A DNA stretch of 64,000 nt from Octopus sinensis (Eukaryota), in the NCBI RefSeq assembly GCF_006345805.1, contig NC_043000.1:25606001-25670000 (forward strand). The letters run 5' to 3'. This document shows positions 40,049-54,055 of this stretch, piece after piece; the stretch's first letter is position 1; every line of letters starts with the position of its first letter. Made by a program: the position numbers and the translations under genes. A model generated the notes under the pieces. The model saw only the letters and a list, made by a program, of their open reading frames with translations. It was not told the DNA's origin and searched no databases.

Positions 40049-40284
40049 CCCTTTGCCTCTCCAAAGCATTTTCATAAGTTTGTCATAAACATTTGTACTT
40101 CATTTCAGACTTTTAGTAAGTCCTTGTCTCATACATTCTGAAAAATATAAAGCTTTCCTTTCATAAGTCCCAAGTTACTTGGGTGGTTGAAAAATGATTG
40201 GGAGCAAATATCAAATATGTTGCATAGACACCAGATAAATATGGTTTGTGTATCAGTCATGTGATACACAGGACAGTCAAACGG
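40049..40284. mobile_element. piggyBac-type MITE
   Basis: TTAA-ccctttg..caaacgg-TTAA. Confidence 0.55.
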
Positions 40285-42180
40285 TTAATCAATATTTGGT
40301 GTAAATCATGTCATACAATGTATTATTGTTTGCTCTACGCATGTGTTTAGCTGCAAGTAGAGTTCATTGACGATGCCCAGCAAGGCTGAAATGCATGCCA
40401 TTCTCACTGGTTATTGTTGGGACAATTTTTTGTCTCTGATATACATTGTGTTTTCCAACACAGTATGGCTATAACACACTTTTTTATTTCTGACAAAAGT
40501 GGCTGAGTTTGCTTGTCATAAATGGTTATATATCACTTTGCTTCGCTTCCTGCTCTTGCTTGAAGGAGCTGGGGGTCATTCTAAGTTAGTTGCACCAGAG
40601 GTATCATTATGTGTAGAGCTGACCAGGTCAACCAGTCCTCTCCATTGTTGGCTGTCTCATGCCAGCCCTTCTGCATCCTGCAAGGTGATGTTGGGCCTCT
40701 GGTGATCTTCCCCAACCACATCTAGCCATGGGGCCTGCCATGGGTCCTCTTCCAGCCCGCAGTTGCTGCATCAAATGAGAGTAAATCATGATCTAGCAGA
40801 AGATGAAGGACGTGCGTGGATGGGCCAGATGGATTTTGGTGAAATAGATTGTCTGCGGCTGGATGCCTTTTCTATCACCAACCCTCACTTGACGTCTAGA
40901 CAAAGATATACACAATCACATGCACACATATATACACACATATAAACATATACATGATGGACTTGCAAATCGACTCACAAGGTTTTGGTCAATCTGTAAA
41001 CTACAGTCAAAAACACTTGCCCAAGGTGCAATGCAGTGGGACTGAACCCATGACCACACAGTTGGGGAGCAAGTTTGTCAACTACACAGCAATTCCTGTG
41101 CCTAATGTATATTCTTTTACTTGTTTCGGTCATTTGACTGCAGCCATGCTGGAGCACTTCCTTTAGTCGAGCAAATCAACCCCAGGACTTATTCTTTGTA
41201 AGCCTAGTACTTATTCTATTCTTTTTTTTTACCAAACCGCTAAGTTACAGGGCCGTAAATACACCAACATCAGTTGTCAAGCGATGGTGGGGTTACAAAC
41301 ACAGACACACACATACACATATATATACATATATACGAGGGGCTTCTTTCAGTTTCTGTCTACCAAATCCACTCACAAGGCTTTGATTGGCCTGAGGCTA
41401 TAGTAGAAGACACTTACCCAAGGAGCCACTCAGTAGGACTGAATCCAGAACCATGTGGTTGGTAAGCAAACTACTTACCACACAGCCACTCCTGTGCCAA
41501 TATGTAGAAGGAAATTTGATTTTTTTTTTGTTTTGCATTAATATCATGATATCGGTTTTTCATTCTTGTTTTTCTCTATTTTAATAAGAACTGAATAGAA
41601 CTATGATTGCCTGATTGTGTAATTAAAACGTATTTAGCTAACAGATGCTACCATAGTTTGGTTGGCAAGTTACTGGGCGCCAAGTAGAAACCATTTTAAT
41701 GTTAATTTCACAAAGATTTCAAATTATGATTTTTATTTCCCTCTTCTAACAATAATCAGGATTATTTCTATTCTTTGTGTTTTGACCAATTTTAATTTTT
41801 AGATTGTGGCCATGCTGGAGCATTACCCATAGCTGTATGGTTACAAAGTTCACTTCCCATCAATGTGGTTTCAGTCCCACTGCCTGGTATCTTGGGCAAG
41901 TGTCCTCCACTATAGCCCTGGGTGAGTGGATTTGGCAGGCAGAAACTGAAAGGAGTTCATCATATCATCATCATCATCATTGTTTAATATCCATTTTCCA
42001 TACTGGCATGGGTTGGACAGTTTAATAGGAACTGGCCAGCCCAGGAGCTGTCCGGACTCCAGTTGTCTGTTATGGCATGGTTTCTATGGCTGGATGCTCT
42101 TCCTAATGCCAACCACTTTACCAAGTGTCGTAGGTACTTTACATGTGCCACTGGCCTGAGTTGGTTGCAAAACATGGCCT

Positions 42181-42658
42181 ATGAGGGTAGAAGATCAGCG
42201 AAGGCTGGAGGTGTTCAACAATGACTTTCTCCGCTGCATTCTTCGCTGCCGACACATTGATCGGGTTCCTACAGCCAGTCTTTGTCATCGCCTGAATCTC
42301 CGGCCCCTCCCTTCAGTGCTTTTACAACGGCGCTTAAGGTGGTTTGGTCATGTGGCCCGGCATACAGAGGGTGAGCTGATTCGTGATACCCTCCTCCCAC
42401 CTCCACTTCCCAACTGGCGCAAACACACGGGCGCACTGCTGAAGATCTGGGCAACAACGATAAAGGAGAACCTCTCCGAACTATCAAGTCCACGGGTGGT
42501 CTGTCTGCGCAGATGGAACCGCGAATGGCTCGCTATCTCCAGTGACCTTGTACGGGACCGTCGAGCGTGGGCCGCCATGGTTCGTGATGCAGTTAGGACC
42601 AGAGAAGAAGCCGGCTCAACCTGCCCTGGGTGAACGCTGTCACAAGTACAAGTAAGTA
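42181..42658 (+). mobile_element. RTE-clade LINE 3' fragment
   Basis: ORF RRLEVFNNDFLRCIL..LQRRLRWFGHVAR..DRRAWAAMV is a post-RT C-terminus. Short tandem tail caagtacaagtaagta. Confidence 0.85.
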
Positions 42659-45600
42659 CTAGCCTGAGTACATTTACACAGTACTGGCATTAGTGCACAT
42701 GACATGGCATCAGCACCAGCAAAGGACATGCCTGTATGTATGGTTGACCATGGTTTTACTAGGCTTGATACATCTACTTAAGTGCAGCAAATCACCACAA
42801 ACCCTTATCCCTTGTTATTTCCCCTATGAGGCCCAGCATCTGAAGGTCCTCTCTCACCACTTCATCCCATGTCTTCCTGGCTCTGCCATTTCCACAGGTT
42901 CCCTCCACAATTAGAGCTTTGCACTTCTTTATGCTGCTCTCCCTATACTTTTCCAACCTCATCTTACTTTTTTGCTCTTTTGCCCCCATTCTTTACTTTT
43001 TCCTGTATAATTTCTGTCGTAAATTATTCTCTCAATATGGTCAAATGTTGGCCCCAGTTCAATGACTGAAAAAAGTAACAGAATATTAGATTAAAAGAAT
43101 GAAACACTATCACTTTCAATGCACCAGTTCTGATCCGATCTCCAACATTAGGCCACATGGAGCCTACTTTGTATTTAGATGGGTGACCACTTGGGAAACC
43201 TAGGGGCTGTAAGCCCCTCGCTTTTATAGGGGCAGGCATGTGTGTGTGGTAAGAAGTTTGCTTCCCAACAGCAAGATTTCAAGTTCAGTTCTGCTGCATT
43301 GCACATTGGGCAAGTGTCTTCCACTATAGCCTTGGACCAACCAAAGCCTAGTGGATGGATTTGGTAGACAGAAACTAAAAGGCAGCAAGCTGGTAGAAAC
43401 GTTAGCACGTTGGGCAAAATGCTTAGCGGTATTTCGCCTGTCTTTACGTTCTGAGTTCAAATTCTGCCGAGGTCGACTTTGCTTTTCATCCTTTCGAGGT
43501 CGATAAATAAAGTACCAGTTACACACTAGGGTCGATGTAATCGACTTAATCCCTTTGTCTGTCCTTGTTTGTCCCCTCTATGTTTAGCCCCTTGTGGGCA
43601 ATAAAGAAATAAGAAACTAAAAGAAGCCTGTCATATGTGTGTGTGTGTGTGTGTGTGTATCTATGTCTGTGTTTGTCCTTGTAAATTAGTGGTTTGGTAA
43701 ATGAGATCAAGAGAATAAATACTAGGCTTAAAAAAAAAATTAAGTACCAATTCATTCAACTAAACCTTCTTGAATACGGTGCCCCAGGATGACCACAGCC
43801 TAATGACTAAAACAAGTAAAAAATAAAAGACATGTCTTAAAATAATCCTACCAGACTGTTTACTTAGAGTTGTTATTACGTTTGTGTTTCTGTCGAGGTT
43901 TTGCAGCCATTAAAAATATTTTATGGTTTTGTCTCTAATATTCTGTTTCACTGTTGATTAACTGGCCATAAAGGAACTACAAAACAGTTTTGGCACCTAA
44001 TTTCAAAGTTGAGTATCAGTGACCTTGTCATAAATGGTGCTGTGGTGTTCTGAGCCAAAATAGCTTGTGATGTGAAGGAGGAAAAGACAGAAGCAGAGGG
44101 AGAATTATGGAGATCTTACCTGTCTATCTGGAAGGGGTTACTCACAACGTCCACGTGGTCTGTCTGCCGCTGTACCATCCAGCAGGTCTGCTCTCTTGCG
44201 CCTCACAAACCCCACATGCCCACCGCAGGCCCCACTTCTGACAGGACCTGCGTACTCCCTCACTTCCGGTCCTTCCCTCCAACACAGGTGCAATAAAAGA
44301 ATTTGATATCAAATTTTCAAAGTAGTGTCAGTGACCAGGTCATAAATGTAAGGCAAAAACATTGGTGTCAAATTTTGGCATGGGGCCAGCCATTTGAGGG
44401 GAGGGGGAGGGCAGGCTAGTTGATTACCTCGACATCAGTGCTTGATTCGTACCCCCCCCCCCCAAGGAATGAATGGAAAGTCAACCTTGACAGAATTTAA
44501 ACTCGGAATGTAAAGCTGAAAGGAGTGCTGCAAAACATTTTATTCACCATGGTAACAATTCTGCCAGCCCACTGTTTTGATAAGTAGTAGCAGGGAGTGG
44601 GTAAGTCAGTTACCCCCCCCCCCGTGCACAACTGGTACTTATTTTATCCCCCCAACCAAAAGGATGAAAAGCGAAGTTGACCTCAGCAGAATTTGAACTC
44701 AGAACATTTTGTATTTTGTCCAGTATGCTAACAAATCTGCCAGCTCTCCATTTTAATAATAATAATAATATTATTATTATTTCAAATTTTTGCCATGACG
44801 ATTCCAAGAGGGTGAAAGGCTAAGTTGAGACCTCAGCAGAATCTGAACTCAGAACATAGCAGTGGGCGAAATACTGCCAAGCATTTCATCTAGCATGCTA
44901 ACGATTCTGCCAGCTCACCACCTTAATAATAATAATAATAATTCTTTCCACTCTAGGCACAAAGCCTGGAAATTTGGTGGGAGGGAGGCCAGTCGATTAA
45001 GTCGAGCCCAGTACACAACTGGTACTTAATTTATCAATCCCGAAAGGATGAAAGGCAAAGTTGACCTTGGTGGAATTTGAACTCAGAACATAGTGACTAG
45101 CGAAATACTGCTATAGCATTTCGTCCAGCCTGCTAATGATTCTGCCAGCTCACCACCTTAACAATAATAATAATAATAATAATAGAGTAAAAGTGAATAT
45201 ATCAGGGTTTATGTCTATTTTTAATGGCAACACTACCTCTGCTAATTGTTTTAATTTTTTTACGCATGATCTCCGATCTGTGGACTTGTCAAACAAGTAC
45301 AACACTGGAACTGATATTATTATATTTACCAAAATGTTCTCAAGAGATTATAGGCTTTATATTATTTCAGTATCAAGGGGTCTGATATGATTTACACCAA
45401 ATATTGATTTTTTGTTTCTTTATATAGAATTGCATCATTAGAAAGAAATATCTACAAAGGGGTTGAAATATAATTGTGTGATGTGCCTGCCTAACAACTC
45501 AAAGCTCATTAGCCAGATAAATGAAGTGAAATAGCTCCACCTGTTAATTGAGCCAGTAAGTTCTGAAATTACGTTAATGAGTAATGGGGTTTTTTTCACC

Positions 45601-46152
45601 TTCAACGCACAATTTCTCTATATATTCTGACACTCCCTTAATTAAATGCATTAATGCTAACTTAACTGACATACTCTTTTACTTGTTTCAGTCATTTGAC
45701 TGTGGCCATGCTGGAGCACCACCTTTTAGTCGAGCAAATCAACCCCAAGATTTATTCTTTGTAAGCCAAGTACTTATTCTATCGGTCTCTTTTGCTGAAC
45801 CACTAAGTTACGGGGATGCAAATACACCAGCATTGGTTATCAAGTGATGTTGGGGGGACAAACACAGACACACAAACACACACACATATATATATATATA
45901 TACATATATACAACAAGCTTCTTTCAGTTTCCGTCTACCAAATCCACTCACAAGGCTTTGGTCAACCCAAGGCTATAGTAGAAGACACTTGCCCAAGGTG
46001 TCATGCAGTGGTACTGAACCCGGAACCATGTGGTTGGTAAACAAACTACTTACCACACAGCCACTCCTGTACCTACATATTCACACTAGTTTGTTTTTAA
46101 GTGTGTCTCTCTACAGATTTTCTTCTTATAAACCTTTCAAATTCTTGGTAGT

Positions 46153-46785
46153 CATCATCATCATCATTTAACGTCTGCTTTCCATGCTAGCATGGGTTGG
46201 ACGATTTGACTGAGGACTGGTGAACCAGATGGCTGCACCAGGCTCCAGTCTGATCTGGCAGTGTTTCTACAGCTGGATGCTGTTCCTAACGCCAACCACT
46301 CCAAGAGTATAGTGGGTGCTTTTTTACGTGTCACTGGCATAGGGGCCAGAGGTCGGCTGGCATCAACCACAATCAGATGGTGCTTTTTACTTACCACCAG
46401 CATGGAAGCCAGTCAAGGCTGCGCTGGCATCAGCCACGTTTAGATGGTGCTTTTATGTGCCACCAGCATGGGGACCACAACTACAATTTCCATTTGATTG
46501 TGATTTGATTTTGATGTACTTGACTCAATAGGTCTCCTCAAGCACGACTTGTGACCCTATGATCCAAGGTACTTTTGAATGGACTGCTTATGTGATACTG
46601 GTGTAGGTTACAGCTGTGAACTCACTTTATTTGCCGGGTCTTCTCAGTCACAGCATATCTCCAGAGGTCTCAGTCTTTTGTCATTGCTTCTGTGAGGGCC
46701 AACGTTCAAAGGTCATGCTACACCACCTTATCTCATGTCTTCCTGGGTCTCCCTCTACCCTGGAATCCTTCTACTGTTTGGGAGT
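46153..46785 (-). mobile_element. RTE LINE ORF end plus 3' UTR with (GAT)n tail
   Basis: Minus strand reads GRPRKT*DKVV..DL..LALTEAMTKD..LWRYAV and runs into the abundant ggttggcgttaggaagggcatccagctgtagaaac repeat and ggacgttaaa(tga)n. Confidence 0.8.
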
Positions 46786-46789
46786 GGCA

Positions 46790-46924
46790 TTCTATATTTT
46801 AGAAGTGAGGAATTCTGTACATTATTTACATTACTTACATTGGATGGATATGTGTCCTCATCTTGTTTGTTGTTATCATAACATTTCGGCTGGTTTACTC
46901 TCCAGCTTTCATTAGGTGTCCTGG
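46790..46924 (-). mobile_element. 5'-truncated, diverged hammerhead SINE fragment
   Basis: Reverse complement matches the hammerhead and 3' tail of the same family. Confidence 0.6.
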
Positions 46925-47600
46925 TAGAATTTTGTGCTATTGCCTCAGGCTAACCAAAGCCTTGTGGTTGGATATGATAGATGGAAAACTGAAAGAAACC
47001 TTTTATATGTGTGTATGTGTGTGTGTGTGTGTGTGTGTCCCACTTGACAACTGGTGCTGGTTTGTTTACATCTCTGTAACTTAGCAGTTCAGCAAAAGAA
47101 GAACAATAGAATAAGTACTGGAGTTGATTCTTTGAGCTAAATTTCTTCAGGGTGGTGCTCTAGCATGGCCACAGTCTAAATGACTGAAGCAATTAAAAGA
47201 TAAAAGAAATAAATTGTTACCTATGATTAAAAGTGTTCCAGCTGATGGTTACGGCTTGAATGCCTTTGTTGATTATAGGTCTGTCAGGGAAAACCAAGGG
47301 CCAGCGACAGCTACAACAATTAAACATTAATAAATTAATCATCTATGACATGATTGCAATCTTGTATAGAGATACAGTCATTTCATTTCAGTGGAAGCTT
47401 ATAGTTATTGAGAGAGGGAGAGAGCAAGAATGAGAGATGTGTTTCTGATAGTTGGGTGGATATTCGTGTTAAATATTGATCTGTTGTATCTGTACAAGGT
47501 CATAAATTTACAGAGAAAGCAGAATGAAGTTAATAGAATCTGGTATTCTATCATTCTGTCATTTCATTCCACTCCATTATGTGACATTGTCTTTATTCAA

Positions 47601-47998
47601 TACTAGCAACATCACCCGGCATTGCTCGGGTTTGTTTCGACTCTTTAGAATTGGAATTTTTGAAAAGTAAAAATTTTGCATTATGTAGCTTTTTATTCTT
47701 TTTAAGTGGACATTTTTCTGGTTGAAATACACCGAAAAATGGCAACACAGAAGTCAAAATATCGTAAAAATAGGGATTTTCATAGAAAAAAAAAAGCACC
47801 TTTTTGATGTAAATAATTTTTGGTGTTATCATGATCCGATTTGAATTTTTTCTTCTACGGAAGGAAGAGCAAGCCTTCTTCTATCATACTCTCAATTTTG
47901 GTCAACTTGCGCCACAGGGTCTCGGAGGAGATAGTGTAAGTTGAAGGCTACCAAACCTGCCATACACAGACAACTTCAGCTTTATATATAGAGAGAGA
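47601..47998 (+). mobile_element. Putative non-autonomous Helitron/Helentron-like element (similar architecture ~13330-13722)
   Basis: Starts actagcaacatcacccggcattgctcggg (short hairpin) and ends acagacaacttcagctttatatatagag. Called by resemblance only. Confidence 0.4.
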
Positions 47999-48616
47999 TT
48001 AGTGGGTGTCAACTCCAAAAGGAGAACAAAAAGCTTTCATGGAATCGTTTGATTTTCTAAAAGTAGCAGCCAAATAATCCTCATATCATATCTTACTCTT
48101 GTATGAAAGGGAAAGACATATTTATTTCTTTATTGCCCACAGGGGGCTAGACATAGAGGAGACAAACAAAAGGATTAAGTTGATTACATCGACCCCAAAG
48201 TAACTGGTACTTATTCAATCAACCCCGAAAGGATGAAAGGCAAAGTCGACTGTGGTGGAATTTGAACTCAGAACATAACAGCAGATGAAATACCACTAGG
48301 CATTTCACTCAGCGTGCTAATAAATCTGTCAGCTTGCTGTCCTCTTGGACATATAGGATAATAGTCCTGTTTAAATCTGTTCCCTCCACCCTCCTTGTTG
48401 CCTTTAGTGGAACTAGGGGTTTCCTCTTGTAAGTATACAGGCCAGATTTAGTTTGAAGATACATTCCTCCCTCCCTCCCTCACTCCCCCCAAAAAACCTC
48501 ATGCTTTCCCCCTAAATAAACTACACATAAATATACATCTAATATAGGATAAAATTTTCAAAAAAATTTTGTCAGTGGCCAGCATATTTAAAAAATACTT
48601 TTTAAGGAGAAAATTA

Positions 48617-48890
48617 TAAACAACTTTATAAATAAGGGCAAAAGGAAAAAAATTCCTATGCCAAATATGCTGAGAAATACACTTTAAATCGTCAATAAAT
48701 CATCACTAAAAGCATGCATCTCGAAACAAGCTGACAGAAAGCATGGAAAGCGGACGCTAAATGATGATGATGATTCTGTTATTACTGCTTTTAGTGATGA
48801 ATTATATGTGGTTATTGATGATTTAAAGTCTATTTCTCAGCATATTTGGCACAGGAATTTCTTTCTTTTCTCTTATTTATAAGTTGTTTA
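48617..48890. repeat. Inverted repeat (~95-bp arms)
   Basis: taaacaactttataaataag..catcactaaaagc pairs with gcttttagtgatg..cttatttataagttgttta. Confidence 0.8.
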
Positions 48891-51800
48891 CACATAAATA
48901 TACATATATACATAAATATACAGATGTGCCATGGACATGGTTGTGTGGTTATGAAGTTGGCTTCCCAACCATGTGGTTTTGGGTTCAGTCCCACAGCATG
49001 GCATCTTGAGTTTTCTGTTATAACTCTAAGCCAACAAAAAACCTTGTGAATGAATTTGGTTAGATGGAATCTGAAAGAAGCCCATTGTATATATGTATTT
49101 GCTTATATATACACAGTATGCTGCAAACTGACATGAGAGAAAGGTCCCTCTTATGATATTCCTGTCATCATTCAATGACTGGTTGTGCTATTCAGCACAA
49201 TACAAGACGGCAGCACTGAGCAGTGATGTATATCAATACAAACTTGTTACCAGATTCAAATCTGTAAGAAAGCCATTTGATGATAGGGTGGGGGGAAGCA
49301 GAGAGTTGGCAGGGGCTTATGGAGCATTGGACTAAATACTTTGTGGTATTTGTTCTGACACTTTGTACTTTGAGTTCAAATCCAACTAAGGCCATCTTTG
49401 TCTTTCAGCCTTTTAGTATTAATAAATATGGCAAGCACAAGACTGCCCTGCCTGGTGAAGATGCACCAACAATGGTGCCACCTCCTATGAACAGAACTGG
49501 ATTGCAGAAGATGTGAGCTATGCAAATCCAAAGCCAAATCCCTGCTTTTAATTCATGTAGACCACCAGTGCCCAACCTGCAGAAGAGCCTTCCAAGCATG
49601 CATCAGATTGGTTGGCCACAGTTGGACACACTGTACTGTCTTCTTCTCCCATGTGATTTCCTAGGTCATCATCAACAATGACAGACAATCTAATGATAAT
49701 AATAATAATAATAATAATGATTTCAAATTTTGGCACAAAGCCAGCAAGTTCAGCCGGTGGGGGCAGTTAAGTTGATTACATTGCCAGGCGGCACTGGCAT
49801 GTGACCAGTCAGGCGGAACTGGCATCAACCACACTGGAATGGTACTTTTTACATACCACCAGCATGGGTGCCAATCAGGAGGTACTGTCATTGGCCTTGA
49901 CAGTGGTTTCAAGTTTTTCCACAAGGGCAGCCATTTTAGAGGAGGAGATGTGTCGATTACATCAACCCCAGTGTTCAACCAGTACTTATTTTTATCAGCC
50001 CTGAAAGGATAAACAGTAAAGCCGACCTCAGTGGAATTTGAACTCAGAATGTAAAGACAGACGAAATGTCTTGAAGCATTTTGCCTAGCGTACTAACGAC
50101 TCTTCCAGCTTGCCGCCTTAAAAATGATAATAATAATGATGATAATAATAATAATAATCATCATTTAATGTCTACCTTCCATGCTAGCATGTTGATAAAT
50201 ACAACACCAGTTCATGGTAGTGGATTGGAGGGATTGGTAAAGCATCAAATAGAATTTCTTTTGTTCCTTGTTGCTCTTTGGATTCTTGGTTCAAATTCTG
50301 CCTCTTCACATTGGCCTCTTTGTGGTGAGAAATTTCTTTTTTTTTTCTTTTCCTTTCAAGACCCAGCTAACTACAATAGGGTTCAAATATCAGACAGACC
50401 AACATCTTGATGCCATTGATAAAACAAGCAGAGCCTTAACAGACTAGAATAATTGCTGGAATGGTTTTGATCATAGGTTGACTTAATCTGTGCTGGGCTG
50501 GGGTTAAACAACAGTAACAGTGAAAGAACAGGACTGTCATGGCTGGAATAGATTTGATCATAGGTTGACTTAATCAGGTTGACCTAGGGCTAAACAGCAA
50601 TAAAAAAAATATACCTCAACTCCTTAGATTAGAGATTGACTCAGCTGATGATACAGATGATGATGATGATGATAATATTCTCATCTCGAAAGGAAATTTA
50701 TTGAACCAAATTAATTGGTCCCCATTATGGCCTCCCAATCAATTAGTGATCAATATATTTTTTCAGTTGAATCAAAGATGAAGCACGATAATGCGTGTTT
50801 CAGCTCCTGAACTATTAGTTGTGGCTGTTGTTGTTTGTGTTCAGCCAAGATGAACGATGTTATTACTCTTTTTGTATTGTAAAATACAGCAGAAGGAACA
50901 GAATAAAGAACAAAATTCTCAATATTCAGTATTTAAAGAGTAGGACATCTGACTGGCCCTGCAACCATCTTGTCTAACCTTATCTTTAGAACCAATATAT
51001 CTCTGAATCTGTGGAGGCACAATGGCCCAGTGGTTAGGGCAGCGGACTCACGGTCGTAGGATCGCGGTTTCGATTCCTAGACCGGGCGTTGTGAGTGTTT
51101 ATTGAGCAAAAACACCTAAAGCCCCACGAGGCTCCGGCAAGGGGTTGGTGGTGAGCCCTGCTGTACTCTTTCACCACAACTTTCTCTCAGTCTTTCTTCC
51201 TGTTTCTGTTGTACCTGTATTTCAAAAGGCCAACCTTGTCATACTCTGTGTCATGCTGAATCTCCCAAGACCTACGTTAAGGGTACACGTGTCTGTGGAG
51301 TGCTCAGCCATTTGGACGTTAATTTCACAAACAGGTTGTTCCGTCGATCGGATCAACTGGAACCTTCGTCATTGTAACTGATGGAGTGCCAACCATCTCT
51401 GAATCTGATGTTTTATTAACAACATATTTTACAGAAAGAAAACAGAAGTAAAAAAGATCAAATTATTGAGTAAAAAAATTGAGTAAAAACCACATAGCTA
51501 CTTCACCAAGGAAATAAAGAAAAAGGAAAAAAAGAGGAAGGGGTAAGCAGCAGATGATGGTGGGGAAGGGAGCAATAGGTTGTATACTCCAGAACAAATG
51601 GCATGTTTAGCCACACCTCCTGGATATAATTTCAAAGGTGTCGACCTGGAGAATGGCCAGCGATACTCACTGCAACAGCCATCCCACCTTACAGAGTTTG
51701 ACTCTTAGATGGACCCTAGTTATCTTGGTTTTGTGGAGGAAATCAGCAGGGCAGGGTCTGAAAACACCTGAGGTCTCGACACTGACCGGCACAAACTGAC

Positions 51801-52812
51801 AGCAGATGGTCAAGCTCCTGTATTTGTTTATTGTTCTTTCCTCTGTGGTGGTGATACCTGGGTAATAATGATAATAATGGCTCAGGGTCACACTGATGGT
51901 GGCGAGCTGGCAGAAATGTTAGCATGCTGGGCGAAATGCTTAGCAGTATTTGGTCTTGCTTTATGTTCTGAGTTCAAATTCTGCCGAGGTCGACTTTGCC
52001 TTTCATCCTTACTGGGTCAATAAATTAAGTTCCAGTTGCATACTGGGGTTGATCTAATCAACTGGAATCCTCCTCTAAAATTTTGGGCCTTGTGCCTAGA
52101 ATAGAAAAGAATAGCTCGGGGTCACAGTAGAAGGCTCTTGCCCGAGGTATCATCCTGTGAGATTGAACCAAGAGTCATGTGGCTGGGAAACAAACTTCTT
52201 GACCAAACCGCCACACCTGCCTCTGTTGCACAGCAAATTACTTCTCCTCAATGGCTCTGCCTGCACCTGTGGAATATACATATTGGAAATTGTAGTTATG
52301 ATCCCTGTGCCAGTGGCACATAAAATGCACCATCCGAATGTGGCCGATGCCAGTGCCACCTTGACTGACTCCAGTGCTGGTGGCATGTAAAAAGCACTAA
52401 CCCATCTTGGCCGTTGCCAGCCTCGCCTGGCACCTGTGCCGGTGGCATGTAAAAAGCACCCACTACACTCACGGAGTGGTTGGCGTTAGGAAGGGCATCC
52501 AGCTGTAGAAACACTGCCAGATCAGACTGGAGCCTGGTGCAGCCTCCTGGCTTCCCAGACCCCAGTCGAACCGTCCAACCCATGCTAGCATAGAAAACGG
52601 ACATTAAACGATGATGATGATGATGATGATGTAGTATTTAAGAGGCTGAAATGCCGTGGAATGGCAAATAATGGCTGAGTCCTCCAGCAATGTTTGGATG
52701 TGGTTATTTATATTTTGATTTCTAAACTGGGTTGGAGACTCATTCTCGGTTGCAGACTCTCTCCCACATCATCATTTCTCACTATAACAGCAACAACAAT
52801 GATTGGTGAAAG

Positions 52813-53355
52813 TGGCAGCAGCGGTGGTGGTAGTAGTAGTAGTGGTGGTGGTAGTAATGGTGGTGGTAGTGGTAGCAGTAGTGGTGGTGGTGGTGGTGGT
52901 AGTAGTAGTAGTAGTGGTGGTGGTGGTAGTAGTAGTGGTGGTGGTGGTAGTAATGGTGGTGGTAGTGGTAGTAGTAGTGGTGGTGGTGGTGGTAGTAATG
53001 GTGGTGGTAGTGGTAGCAGTAGTGGTGGTGGTGGTGGTAGTAGTAGTAGTAGTGGTGGTAGTGGTAGTAGTAGTGGTGGTGGTGGTAGTAGTGGTGGTGG
53101 TGGTGGTGGTGGTAGTGGTAGCAGTAGTGGTGGTGGTGGTAGTAGTAGCAATAGTGGTAGTAGTAGTGGTGGTGGTCATAATTGTGACAGTGAAAGTAAT
53201 AGCCGTGATGGTTATAACTGATGATGATGATGATGATAGTAGTGGTGGGTGGTGGTGGTAGTAGTAGTAGAAGTGGTAGTGGTGGTGAACACACATGAGA
53301 ATGCTATTTATTGTGAAAATGATGGGGATGGTGGTGGTGGTGGTGGTGGTGGTAG
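52813..53355. repeat. (GGT/AGT)n trinucleotide microsatellite
   Basis: Direct reading. Confidence 0.95.
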
Positions 53356-54024
53356 TTGTGATGTTGAAAAATCAATGATGGTGGTGGATGTGATTGTGAT
53401 GGTTATTAAACACAATGTCGATGGCAGCGGCAGAAACTAATGGTTGGTGTGTGTGTGGTGGCAGTGGTGGTGGTGGCGGGGTTTGTAATGAAAATTTATG
53501 GTGATGGTGAGAATAATGAAAGCAATCAATTTTCATATATTAATCAATCCTAAATAGATGTCATTAACCCTACTTAACGGTTACTTAGACAGAAACCCTG
53601 TTAGTTACCACATCAATATATCAAAACAACATGTTGGGCATTCTCCAACAAATGTTTTGCCACATGAAATTTGCTACATGAAACAATGGTTGCCTTTTAA
53701 AAGACTATATGTATCTTTCATCTTTTACTTTTTTTATTTATTTCGGTCATTAGACTGTGGCCATGCTGGGGTAACGCCATGCAGAATTTTTAGTCAAATA
53801 CTCTTGCTTTTTTTTACTTGTTTCAGTCATTTGACTGTGGCCATGCTGGAGCACCACCTTTAGTCAACCAAATCAAACCCAGGACTTGTTCTTTGTAAGC
53901 CTAGTACTTATTCTGTCGGTCTCTTTTGCCGAACTGCTAAGTTACAAGGACATAAACACACCAGCATTGATTGTCAAGCGATGTTGGGCGGGGGGGGGGG
54001 ACAAACACAGACACACAAACATAT

Positions 54025-54055
<31 letters not shown>

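Noticed and set aside
52694-53296. Gly/Ser-rich, poly-Thr, poly-His and poly-Val ORFs
   Set aside because: A trinucleotide microsatellite open in most frames, with no splice or domain support.
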